Assembly (NCBI GenBank): GCA_964016885.1
Contig: OZ024743.1
Coordinates: forward strand, 278,752,001-278,816,000
Direction of reading: 5' to 3'
Source of the DNA: Eledone cirrhosa
Taxonomy: Eukaryota
Length of the DNA: 64,000 bases
Part shown: one piece after another, positions 28,392 through 41,700 of the stretch
Position numbering within the stretch: position 1 is the first letter of the stretch
How the letters are laid out: the number at the start of each line of letters is the position of its first letter
Notes under the pieces: generated by a model
What the model saw: the letters and a program-made list of their open reading frames with translations, nothing else
The model's database searches: none
What the model was told of the DNA's origin: nothing
Made by a program: the position numbers and the translations under genes

Positions 28392-31030
28392 AATGGAAAA
28401 ATTTGAACAGGAACAAAACAGAGAGGCAGTACAACGAATGTTTATTAATTTCACGCTCTGGAGAGTGGGGTGGTGGTGGGGAACGACGTTTCGGGCATAA
28501 GCCCTTCCTCAGGTGAGAAGTGTGTGGGAACAGAGTTCAAAGGGTGTGTAGGGGAGTGGTGGAGAGACATATAGCGAAAGGAAACGGTGCGAATGAAATT
28601 AAAAATAAAAATAAAAATAAAGCATGATCAAAATACAAGGAATGAAATAAAATTAAATATAAAAGCATGATCAAAATAAACTGAAATTAAAAAGGGGTAA
28701 AACAGATGGTGGAAGGGTGTGGGGTGTGTAGGGGTGGTGGCGGGTGGAGTGAGGAGAGGGAGATGGGGTGTCCGAGCGGGGAGGGCTGAAGGTGGTGTGT
28801 GTGTGTGTGTAGGTGTACGTGTATGTGTGTGTGTATGTGAAAGTAAGGGTTGGGGGAAGAACGGGGTTGCATGTTCAGGAAGAGGTGTGTGTGGGGGGGG
28901 GGTTGTAGGTCGGAGTGTCTGTGCGTATGTGGATAGAGGGATGGGGGGAGAGGAATCAGGAGGCTGAGGGTGTAAATATGTGGTGGAAAGCACGTGTGTG
29001 TGGGGTTTAAGCGTGTTGTGGGTGTAGGTGGCGTGTGGGAGAAAAACATTTTTTGGGTGTGTATGTGGGTGAGTTATATAGGTGATTCCGTAAGAGGATG
29101 GTTGAAATGTTGGTAAATTCCTATGATGTTTAGTAGATTCCGTGGTGGCCAAGTTCCACATACGAGTATTCAGAAGGCATAGCAGCAGTCGGTGGAATGG
29201 TAAAGGGGCGAGGATGGGTAGGTGTGAAAGTTGGAGTGAGGAGGGTGTGTGTGTGTATTAGTAGAGGTGTTAGTGGGATGAGTGAGTGTGGAGCGAGGGT
29301 GTGGGTGGAGCGGGGAGAGAAGGGTGTGTGTAGTTCTATGGAGGGAGTGTGGTGTACTGGTATGTGTGTAGTTTGATGAAGGGGGTGTTAGTGAGTGTTA
29401 GTATACGGGAGGTGGGGAAGGGTTGAATGCAGGTGTGAGTGGGGGTTAGTGGTGGTAGGGTGTGTAGAGTTGGTGGTGTACGAGGGTGTGTGGGTACGTG
29501 TGCGTGGGGTTGGGGGTGTTAGTGATGTTAGTTGCGTGTGGGGTGAGTGGTGTAAGTGGGTGCGTGTGTTCGTGTGCTTGGGGTCAGGGGGTGTTAGTGA
29601 GGTTAGTTGCGGGGTGGTGGGATGGAGGTGTGGGGGTGAGGGTTAGTGGTGGTAGTAGGGTGTGTGTTTAGTGTGAGCGCGTGTATATATGTGCCGGTGG
29701 GTGTGTGCGTGTGATAAGGAGGGGGGAGGAGGAGAAAAAGGGAGGGATGTTAGTATGTTAGTTGGAGAAGGGTGGTCAGATGAGGGGTGGAGTGGAGGTG
29801 TTAGTATTGTTAGTTGTGGGTGGGCGCTGAAAAGGAGGGGTGTGTTAGTGGTGTTAGTGGAGGATAAGTGTGGGGGGAGGGGGGCGGTCGAAGGCTAAAG
29901 GAATAAGGGTGGAGAGTTCAGGCCGGGGGGGAGTGTGGGTCTGTAAGATGAAGATAGTTCGTTGTTCGACCGTAAGGTGATTGGCGGGTGTTCCGTGGCA
30001 CTGGAGTAGGCCACAGACTGTGAGATGGCGTGCGGAATGTCCAGGGACACCAAAGTGGCGGGCGATGGGGGAACTACCCCCGAGACGAATATCCCGGAGG
30101 TGCTCAGTGAATCGGTCCGCCAGGCGACGTCCCGTCTGTCCGACATAAGTCGAAATGAGTAGACTAGGTTGGAGGAGGTGCAGCCGAAGGCATGCCGGAC
30201 AGAGAGAGAGTGGCCGTTGGGACCCTGGAAGGTGGTGATGTTGGTGATGTGGGGACAGGTGTGGCAGCGGGGCCTAGAACGGAAAGAAACCGGGGGTGGG
30301 GGTGGACAGAGCGTGGGTTAGGGGGTAGGGAGCTGTGGACGAGGAGGGTGCGGAGATTGCGTGCGCGTTTGAAGGAGGGGAGTGGTGGGGTTGGGAAGAT
30401 GTGGGAGGTGGAGGGGTCGGACTGGAGGCGTCGGAAGAGGCGGCGGATGGTGCGGTGGAGGGGTGGTAGGTGATGGGGAAGGGGAGACGGTGGGTGGGTG
30501 TGCGGTGGCGTGGGGTGAGGGTGGTGGAGCGGTGGAAAGCACGGGCGCGGGTGAGAGCGGTGTGGACGAGAGAGGGGGGTGGGACCTCTGCGGATGAAAT
30601 GGCTGACTAGGGAAAGGGCCTGGGACTCGAAGTCAGCATCTCGGCTGCAGAGGCGGCGGATCCTGAGGAGTTGGGAGTAGGGAATGGAGTGTTTAGTGTG
30701 GTGGGGTGGGAAGAGGTGAAGTCGAGGTAAGAGTGGGAGTCGGTGGGTTTGAAGAAGGCGGAGGTGACGAGGGAGTGGTGGGAGGGGTCGAAGGCGACGG
30801 AGATGTCTAAGAAGTGGACGTGGGTGGTGGAGATGGAGGTGATGAAGTGGAGGGAGGGGTGGAAGGAGTAGAAGAAGGAGAGAAAGGAGTCGAGCTGTTC
30901 TCGGGTGAGGGTCGTGGCTCCGATACAGTCGTCAATGTAACGACCGTACAGTTCGGGCGTGGGGCCGGTGTACTGGGCAAAGATTTGGGCCTCAACATGA
31001 CCAACAAAAAGGTTGGCATAGTTCAGGTCC

Positions 31031-31031
<1 letters not shown>
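28392..31031 (-). mobile_element. 5'-truncated Penelope-like retroelement (Neptune-like)
   Basis: RT + GIY-YIG pseudogene, long A/C-rich 3' region, and hammerhead ac-CTGAGGA-a-gggc(ttat)gccc-GAAAC-GTC-gt at ~28481-28514. (TA)n at both ends. Confidence 0.92.
29895..31031 (-). pseudogene. Frameshifted Penelope-like reverse transcriptase C-half + GIY-YIG endonuclease
   Basis: Across frameshifts: YANLFVG, YGRYIDDC, HFLDI, KPTDSHSYLDFTSSHP, SIPYSQLLRIRRLCS, FKRARNLRTLLVHS, RPRCHTC, CTSSNLVY, YVGQTGRRLADRFTEHLRDI, IARHF, EQRTIFILQT..PGLN, then stop at 29895-29897. Confidence 0.92.
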
Positions 31032-31080
<49 letters not shown>

Positions 31081-31082
31081 TA

Positions 31083-32228
31083 CTAGCATTAAAGCCCGGC
31101 GTTGCTCGGGGTCATTAAGTTACCAAAGTTAGGTTGCACCACCCATTTTATGGCACCACTTTTTTGTCTGCCAGGCACTGGGTGAATGAATTGCAGACCT
31201 GGAAGCAGGAGCTGCGCCAGTAGTGACAATTGTAGTTTCGCCTATGGATATTATCTCTGTGCAAAAAAGTGTTGAAATTTATTGTTTCACAGTACTTGCG
31301 CAAGACGCGCGTAGACGATGCCAGCCGAACAACAGATCTGCGATGGAGTTGTTCTGCATGGTTGTCTGTGCGTTTTCTAAATTTAAGACAGTAGGGAGGG
31401 TTGTGATATGAGGGAGAGTTAACTGTTGTTTCTAGCAGGTTTAGTGACCTCATAGAGGATATGTGTTTTCTGAATTTAAGACAGTAGGGAGTGGTGTGAT
31501 ATGGGGGAGAGTTAGCTGCTGATCTAGCAGGTTTAGTAACATCATAGAGGATATGTGTTTTCTAAATTTAAGACAGTAGGGTGTGGTGTGATATGGAGGA
31601 GAGTTAGCTGCTGTTTCTAGCAGGTTTAGTGACCTCATAGAAGATATGTTTTCTAAATTTAAGACATTAGGGAGGGGTGTGGTATGAGAGAGAGTTAGCT
31701 GCTATTTCTAGCAGGTTTAGTGACCTCATAGAGGATATTATTGTTTATCATTATCTATAAAAGGCAGATTGTTGATGTTGTTGAAGTGAGTGTGTGTTTG
31801 TATGCGTTTGGAAAAGATGTTTTAAAAAAGATTTATTGCTTGTTGTTGAATAAATGTATATGTATAAAAGAGAAAGTAGCAAAATGTGTGGGTTGTAGTT
31901 AGAGGGAAAAGCAGATGATATGAGAGAGTAAAACTGACAGTATCACCGTCAAGATTGGAAAGAGAAAGTAGCAGAAAGTATGAAGTTGTATAGATTTTGA
32001 ATGGTAGTGGAAAGAGTTTAGCAGTTTAAATGACAGAGAAAAATCGTAAAATATTGAGTTTTATCTATTTTTTGCGTAATTGTGGGTGAAATTGAAAAAA
32101 TTATCTGTGCCAAGACGCAATCGAAGCTATTTCGAATACCGAATTGTAAAATTCAATTGAAGAAATTCTATATCGTAGATTTCTATAAGAAAGGAGCATG
32201 ACCATACACTGAGCTTTATAGATTATGA
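31083..32228 (-). mobile_element. Non-autonomous Helitron (~1.15 kb)
   Basis: Minus-strand 3' end: hairpin cccgagcaacgccggg, then 8 nt, then CTAG followed by T. Candidate 5' TC at 32222 or 32228, each preceded by A. Sits within (TA)n. Confidence 0.7.
31368..31738. repeat. ~92-bp tandem repeat x4 inside the Helitron
   Basis: atttaagaca recurs at 31381, 31474, 31566 and 31657. Confidence 0.9.
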
Positions 32229-32253
32229 TATATATATATATATATATATATAA

Positions 32254-32379
<126 letters not shown>

Positions 32380-32748
32380 CAACATATCTACATTATAATA
32401 TGTTTGTGTGTGTATGTCTGTAAACGCGTTGGCGGGATCGCTATACTCGTCATAATTTGCAATTGCATTTTGAATGTGATGAGATGTGTTTTCTTTGAGA
32501 GAGTGTAGAAAGATGGTTGGTGATGTAGGTGTTGATGTAGTTTGTTTTTTGTGGAGGTGTTGCTATCCTAGGCATATTCATGTAGATGTTATACAGTAGA
32601 GCCAAAGCATGCAGAAAGACAGAATTGACTGGCTTGGCTTAAGAAAGAGATGGAGCCGCTTTCACTGAAAATGTCATAGAAATTACCCAAATATTTAAGC
32701 AGATTTTCCCCAAAAGAATCCTGACAGAACACAACATATCCAATATGA

Positions 32749-35700
32749 CCAACAATACCCCTTCCAACGCAGCTAACAACACCGCCACTACTCACTACTA
32801 CCAACAATACCCCTTCCAACGCAGCTAACAACACTGCCACTACTCACTGCTACCAACAGTACCCCTTCCACCGCAGTTAACAACACCGCCACTACTCACT
32901 ACTACCAACGATACCCCTACCAACGCAGCTAACAACACCGCCACTACTCAATACTATCAACATTACCCCTTCCACCGCAGCTAACAACACCGCCACTACT
33001 CACTACTACCAACAGTACCCCTTCCAACGCAGCTAACAACACCGCCACTACTCACTACTACCAACAATACCCCTTCCAACGCAGCTAACAACACCGCCAC
33101 TACTCACTACTACCAACAAAACCCCTTCCAACGCAGCTAACAACACCGCCACTACTCACTACTACCAACAATACCCCTTCCAACGGAGCTAACAACACCG
33201 CCACTACTCACTACTACAACAATAGTCCTTCCAACGCAGCTAACAACACCGCCACTATTCACTACTTCCAACAATACCCCTTCCAACGGAGCTAACAACA
33301 CCGCCACTACTCACTACTACCAACAATACCCCTTCCATCGCAGTTAACAACACCGCCACTACTCACTACTACCAACAAATACCCCTTCCAACGCAGCTAA
33401 CAACACCGCCACTACTCACTACTTCCAACAATACCCCTTCCAACGCAACTAACAACACCGCCACTACTCACTACTACCAACAATAGGCCTTCCAACGGAG
33501 CTAACAACACCGCCACTACTCACTACTACAACAATAACCATTCCAAAGCAGCTAACAACACCGCCATTACTCACTACTACAACAATAACCATTCCAAAGC
33601 AGCTAACAACACCGCCACTACTCACTACTACCAACAATACTCCTTCCAACGCAGCTAACAACACCGCCACTACTCACTACTACCAACAATACCCCTTCCA
33701 ACGCAGCAAACAACACCGCCACTACTCACTACTACCAACAATACCCCTTCCAACGCAACTAACAACACCGCCACTACTCACTACTACCAACAATAGGCCT
33801 TCCAACGGAGCTAACAACACCGCCACTACTCACTACTACAACAATAACCATTCCAAAGCAGCTAACAACACCGCCATTACTCACTACTACAACAATAACC
33901 ATTCCAAAGCAGCTAACAACACCGCCACTACTCACTACTACCAACAATACTCCTTCCAACGCAGCTAACAACACCGCCACTACTCACTACTACCAACAAT
34001 ACCCCTTCCAACGCAGCAAACAACACCGCCACTACTCACTACTTCCAACAATACCCCTTCCAATGCAACTAACAACACCGCCACTACTCACTACTACCAA
34101 CAATAGGCCTTCCAACGGAGCTAACAACACCGCCACTACTCACTACTACAACAATAACCATTCCAAAGCAGCTAACAACACCGCCATTACTCACTACTAC
34201 AACAATAACCATTCCAAAGCAGCTAACAACACCGCCACTACTCACTACTACCAACAATACTCCTTCCAACGCAGCTAACAACAGCGCCACTACTCACTAC
34301 TACCAACAATACCCCTTCCAACGCAGCAAACAACACCGCCATTACTCACTACTTCCAACAATACCCCTTCCAACGGAGCTAACAACACCGCCACTACTCA
34401 CTACTACCAACAATACCCCTTCCAACGCAGCTAACAACACCGCCACTACTCACTACTACCAACAATACTCCTTCCAACGCAGCTAACAACACCGCCACTA
34501 CTCACTACTACCAACAATACCCCTTCCAACGCAGCTAACAACACCGCCACTACTCACTACTACCAGCAATACACCTTCCAACGCAGCTAACAACACCGCC
34601 ACTACTCACTACTACCAGCAATACCCCTTCCAACGCAGCTAACAACACCGCCACTACTCACTACTACCAACAATACCCCTTCCAACGCAGCTAACAACAC
34701 CGCCACTACTCACTACTTCCAACAATACTCCTTCCAACGCAGCTAACAACACCGCCACTACTCACTACTACCAAAAATACCCCTTCCAACGCAGCTAACA
34801 ACACCGCCACTACTCACTACTACCAACAATACTCCTTCCAACGCAGCTAACAACACCGCCACTACTCACTACTACCAGCAATACACCTTCCAACGCAGCT
34901 AACAACACCGCCACTACTCACTACTACCAGCAATACCCCTTCCAACGCAGCTAACAACACCGCCACTACTCACTACTACCAACAATACCCCTTCCAACGC
35001 AGCTAACAACACCGCCACTACTCACTACTACCAACAATACTCCTTCCAACGCAGCTAACAACACCGCCACTACTCACTACTACCAGCAATACACCTTCCA
35101 ACGCAGCTAACAACACCGCCACTACTCACTACTACCAGCAATACCCCTTCCAACGCAGCTAACAACACCGCCACTACTCACTACTACCAACAATACCCCT
35201 TCCAACGCAGCTAACAACACCGCCACTACTCACTACTACCAAAAATACCCCTTCCAACGCAGCTAACAACACCGCCACTACTCACTACTACCAACAATAC
35301 CCCTTCCAACGCAGCTAACAACACCGCCACTACTCACTACTTCCAACAATACTCCTTCCAACGCAGCTAACAACACCGCCACTACTCACTACTACCAAAA
35401 ATACCCCTTCCAACGCAGCTAACAACACCGCCACTACTCACTACTACCAACAATACCCCTTCCAACGCAGCTAACAACACCGCCACTACTCACTACTTCC
35501 AACAATACTCCTTCCAACGCAGCTAACAACACCGCCACTACTCACTACTACCAACAATACCCCTTCCAACGCAGCTAACAACACCGCCACTACTCACTAC
35601 TTCCAACAATACTCCTTCCAACGCAGCTAACAACACCGCCACTACTCACTACTACCAACAATACCCCTTCCAACGCAGCTAACAACAACCCCAATACTCA

Positions 35701-38700
35701 CTACAACCAACAATACCCCTTCCAACGCAGCTAACAACACCGCCACTACTCACTACTACCAACAATACTCCTTCCAACGCAGCTAACAACACCGCCACTA
35801 CTCACTACTACCAGCAATACACCTTCCAACGCAGCTAACAACACCGCCACTACTCACTACTACCAGCAATACCCCTTCCAACGCAGCTAACAACACCGCC
35901 ACTACTCACTACTACCAACAATACCCCTTCCAACGCAGCTAACAACACCGCCACTACTCACTACTACCAACAATACTCCTTCCAACGCAGCTAACAACAC
36001 CGCCACTACTCACTACTACCAACAATACCCCTTCCAACGCAGCAAACAACACCGCCACTACTCACTACTACCAACAATACCCCTTCCAACGCAACTAACA
36101 ACACCGCCACTACTCACTACTACCAACAATAGGCCTTCCAACGGAGCTAACAACACCGCCACTACTCACTACTACAACAATAACCATTCCAAAGCAGCTA
36201 ACAACACCGCCATTACTCACTACTACAACAATAACCATTCCAAAGCAGCTAACAACACCGCCACTACTCACTACTACCAACAATACTCCTTCCAACGCAG
36301 CTAACAACACCGCCACTACTCACTACTACCAACAATACCCCTTCCAACGCAGCAAACAACACCGCCACTACTCACTACTTCCAACAATACCCCTTCCAAT
36401 GCAACTAACAACACCGCCACTACTCACTACTACCAACAATAGGCCTTCCAACGGAGCTAACAACACCGCCACTACTCACTACTACAACAATAACCATTCC
36501 AAAGCAGCTAACAACACCGCCATTACTCACTACTACAACAATAACCATTCCAAAGCAGCTAACAACACCGCCACTACTCACTACTACCAACAATACTCCT
36601 TCCAACGCAGCTAACAACAGCGCCACTACTCACTACTACCAACAATACCCCTTCCAACGCAGCAAACAACACCGCCATTACTCACTACTTCCAACAATAC
36701 CCCTTCCAACGGAGCTAACAACACCGCCACTACTCACTACTACCAACAATACCCCTTCCAACGCAGCTAACAACACCGCCACTACTCACTACTACCAACA
36801 ATACTCCTTCCAACGCAGCTAACAACACCGCCACTACTCACTACTACCAACAATACCCCTTCCAACGCAGCTAACAACACCGCCACTACTCACTACTACC
36901 AGCAATACACCTTCCAACGCAGCTAACAACACCGCCACTACTCACTACTACCAGCAATACCCCTTCCAACGCAGCTAACAACACCGCCACTACTCACTAC
37001 TACCAACAATACCCCTTCCAACGCAGCTAACAACACCGCCACTACTCACTACTTCCAACAATACTCCTTCCAACGCAGCTAACAACACCGCCACTACTCA
37101 CTACTACCAAAAATACCCCTTCCAACGCAGCTAACAACACCGCCACTACTCACTACTACCAACAATACTCCTTCCAACGCAGCTAACAACACCGCCACTA
37201 CTCACTACTACCAGCAATACACCTTCCAACGCAGCTAACAACACCGCCACTACTCACTACTACCAGCAATACCCCTTCCAACGCAGCTAACAACACCGCC
37301 ACTACTCACTACTACCAACAATACCCCTTCCAACGCAGCTAACAACACCGCCACTACTCACTACTACCAACAATACTCCTTCCAACGCAGCTAACAACAC
37401 CGCCACTACTCACTACTACCAGCAATACACCTTCCAACGCAGCTAACAACACCGCCACTACTCACTACTACCAGCAATACCCCTTCCAACGCAGCTAACA
37501 ACACCGCCACTACTCACTACTACCAACAATACCCCTTCCAACGCAGCTAACAACACCGCCACTACTCACTACTACCAAAAATACCCCTTCCAACGCAGCT
37601 AACAACACCGCCACTACTCACTACTACCAACAATACCCCTTCCAACGCAGCTAACAACACCGCCACTACTCACTACTTCCAACAATACTCCTTCCAACGC
37701 AGCTAACAACACCGCCACTACTCACTACTACCAAAAATACCCCTTCCAACGCAGCTAACAACACCGCCACTACTCACTACTACCAACAATACCCCTTCCA
37801 ACGCAGCTAACAACACCGCCACTACTCACTACTTCCAACAATACTCCTTCCAACGCAGCTAACAACACCGCCACTACTCACTACTACCAACAATACCCCT
37901 TCCAACGCAGCTAACAACACCGCCACTACTCACTACTTCCAACAATACTCCTTCCAACGCAGCTAACAACACCGCCACTACTCACTACTACCAACAATAC
38001 CCCTTCCAACGCAGCTAACAACAACCCCAATACTCACTACAACCAACAATACCCCTTCCAACGCAGCTAACAACACCGCCACTACTCACTACTACCAACA
38101 GTACCCCTTCCAACACAGCTAACAACACCGCCACTACTCACTACTACCAACAATACCCCTTCCAACGCAGCTAACAACACCGCCACTACTCACTACTACC
38201 AACAATACCCCTTCCAACGCAGCTAACAACACCGCCACTACTCACTACTACCAACATTACCCCTTCCAACACAGCTAACAACACCGCCACTACTCACTAC
38301 TACCAACAATACCCCTTCCAACGCAGCTAACAACACCGCCACTACTCAATACTACCAACAATACCCCTTCCAACGCAGCTAACAACACCGCCACTACTCA
38401 CTACTACCAACAATAGGCCTTCCAACGCAGCTAACAACACCGCCACTACTCAATACTACCAACAGTACCCCTTCCAACGCAGCTAACAACACCGCCACTA
38501 CTCACTACTACCAACAATAGGCCTTCCAACGCAGCTAACAACACCGCCACTACTCAATACTACCAACAGTACCCCTTCCAACGCAGCTAACAACACCGCC
38601 ACTACTCACTACTACCAACAATAGGCCTTCCAACGCAGCTAACAACACCGCCACTACTCAATACTACCAACAGTACCCCTTCCAACGCAGCTAACAACAC

Positions 38701-41700
38701 CGCCACTACTCACTACTACCAACAATAGGCCTTCCAACGCAGCTAACAACACCGCCACTACTCAATACTACCAACAGTACCCCTTCCAACGCAGCTAACA
38801 ACACCGCCACTACTCACTACTACCAACAGTACCCCTTCCAACGCAGCTAACAACACCGCCACTACTCAATACTACCAACAGTACCCCTTCCAACGCAGCT
38901 AACAACACCGCCACTACTCAATACTACCAACAGTACCCCTTCCAACGCAGCTAACAACACCGCCACTACTCACTACTACCAACAATAGGCCTTCCAACGC
39001 AGCTAACAACACCGCCACTACTCACTACTACCAACAATAGCCCTTCCAACGCAGCTAACAACACCGCCACTACTCACTACTACCAACAGTACCCCTTCCA
39101 ACGCAGCTAACAACACCGCCACTACTCACTACTACCAACAATACCCCTTCCAACGCAGCTAACAACACCGCCACTACTCAAAACTACCAACAATACCCCT
39201 TCCAACGCAGCTAACAACACCGCCACTACTCAATACTACCAACAATACCCCTTCCAACGCAGCTAACAACACCGCCACTACTCACTACTACCAACAATAG
39301 GCCTTCCAACGCAGCTAACAACACCGCCACTACTCACTACTACCAACAGTACCCCTTCCAACGCAGCTAACAACACCGCCACTACTCACTACTACCAACA
39401 GTACCCCTTCCAACGCAGCTAACAACACCGCCACTACTCACTACTACCAACAGTACCCCTTCCAACGCAGCTAACAACACCGCCACTACTCACTACTACC
39501 AACAATACCCCTTCCAACGCAGCTAACAACACCGCCACTACTCACTACTACCAACAATACCCCTTCCAACGCAGCTAACAACACCGCCACTACTCACTAC
39601 TACCAACAATACCCCTTCCAACGCAGCTAACAACACCGCCACTACTCACTACTACCAACAATACCCCTTCCAACGCAGCTAACAACACCGCCACTACTCA
39701 ATACTACCAACAGTACCCCTTCCAACGCAGCTAACAACACCGCCACTACTCACTACTACCAACAGTACCCCTTCCAACGCAGCTAACAACACCGCCACTA
39801 CTCAATACTACCAACAGTACCCCTTCCAACGCAGCTAACAACACCGCCACTACTCAATACTACCAACAATACCCCTTCCAACGCAGCTAACAACACCGCC
39901 ACTACTCACTACTACCAACAGTAACCCTTCCAACGCAGCTAACAACACCGCCACTACTCACTACTACCAACAGTACCCCTTCCAACGCAGCTAACAACAC
40001 CGCCACTACTCACTACTACCAACAATACCCCTTCCAACGCAGCTAACAACACCGCCACTACTCACTATTACCAACAATAGGCCTTCCAACGCAGCTAACA
40101 ACACCGCCACTACTCACTACTACCAACAGTACCCCTTCCAACGCAGCTAACAACACCGCCACTACTCAAAACTACCAACAATACCCCTTCCAACGCAGCT
40201 AACAACACCGCCACTACTCAATACTACCAACAATACCCCTTCCAACGCAGCTAACAACACCGCCACTACTCACTACTACCAACAATAGGCCTTCCAACGC
40301 AGCTAACAACACCGCCACTACTCACTACTACCAACAGTACCCCTTCCAACGCAGCTAACAACACCGCCACTACTCACTACTACCAACAGTACCCCTTCCA
40401 ACGCAGCTAACAACACCGCCACTACTCACTACTACCAACAATACCCCTTCCAACGCAGCTAACAACACCGCCACTACTCACTACTACCAACAATACCCCT
40501 TCCAACGCAGCTAACAACACCGCCACTACTCACTAGTACCAACAATACCCCTTCCAACGCAGCTAACAACACCGCCACTACTCAATACTACCAACAATAC
40601 CCCTTCCAACGCAGCTAACAACACCGCCACTACTCACTACTACCAACAATACCCCTTCCAACGCAGCTAACAACACCGCCACTACTCACTACTACCAACA
40701 GTACCCCTTCCAACGCAGCTAACAACACCGCCACTACTCACTACTACCAACAGTACCCCTTCCAACGCAGCTAACAACACCGCCACTACTCACTACTACC
40801 AACAGTACCCCTTCCAACGCAGCTAACAACACCGCCACTACTCACTACTACCAACAGTACCCCTTCCAACGCAGCTAACAACACCGCCACTACTCAATAC
40901 TACCAACAATACCCCTTCCAACGCAGCTAACAACACCGCCACTACTCACTACTACCAACAATACCCCTTCCAACGCAGCTAACAACACCGCCACTACTCA
41001 CTACTACCAACAATACCCCTTCCAACGCAGCTAACAACACCGCCACTACTCAATACTACCAACAATACCCCTTCCAACGCAGCTAACAACACCGCCACTA
41101 CTCACTACTACCAACAATACCCCTTCCAACGCAGCTAACAACACCGCCACTACTCACTACTACCAACAATACCCCTTCCAACGCAGCTAACAACACCGCC
41201 ACTACTCACTACTACCAACAGTACCCCTTCCAACGCAGCTAACAACACCGCCACTACTCACTACTACCAACAATACCCCTTCCAACGCAGCTAACAACAC
41301 CGCCACTATTCACTACTACCAACAATACCCCTTCCAACGCAGCTAACAACACCTCCACTACTCACTACTACCAACAATACCCCTTCCAACGCAGCTAACA
41401 ACACCGCCACTACTCACTACTACCAACAATACTCCTTCCAACGCAGCAAACAACACCGCCACTACTCACTACTACCAACAATACCCCTTCCAACGCAGCT
41501 AACAACACCGCCACTACTCACTACTACCAACAATAGGCCTTCCAACGCAGCTAACAACACCGCCACTACTCACTACTACCAACAATACCCCTTCCAACGC
41601 AGCTAACAACACCGCCACTACTCACTACTACCAACAATACTCCTTCCAACGCAGCAAACAACACCGCCACTACTCACTACTACCAACAATACCCCTTCCA

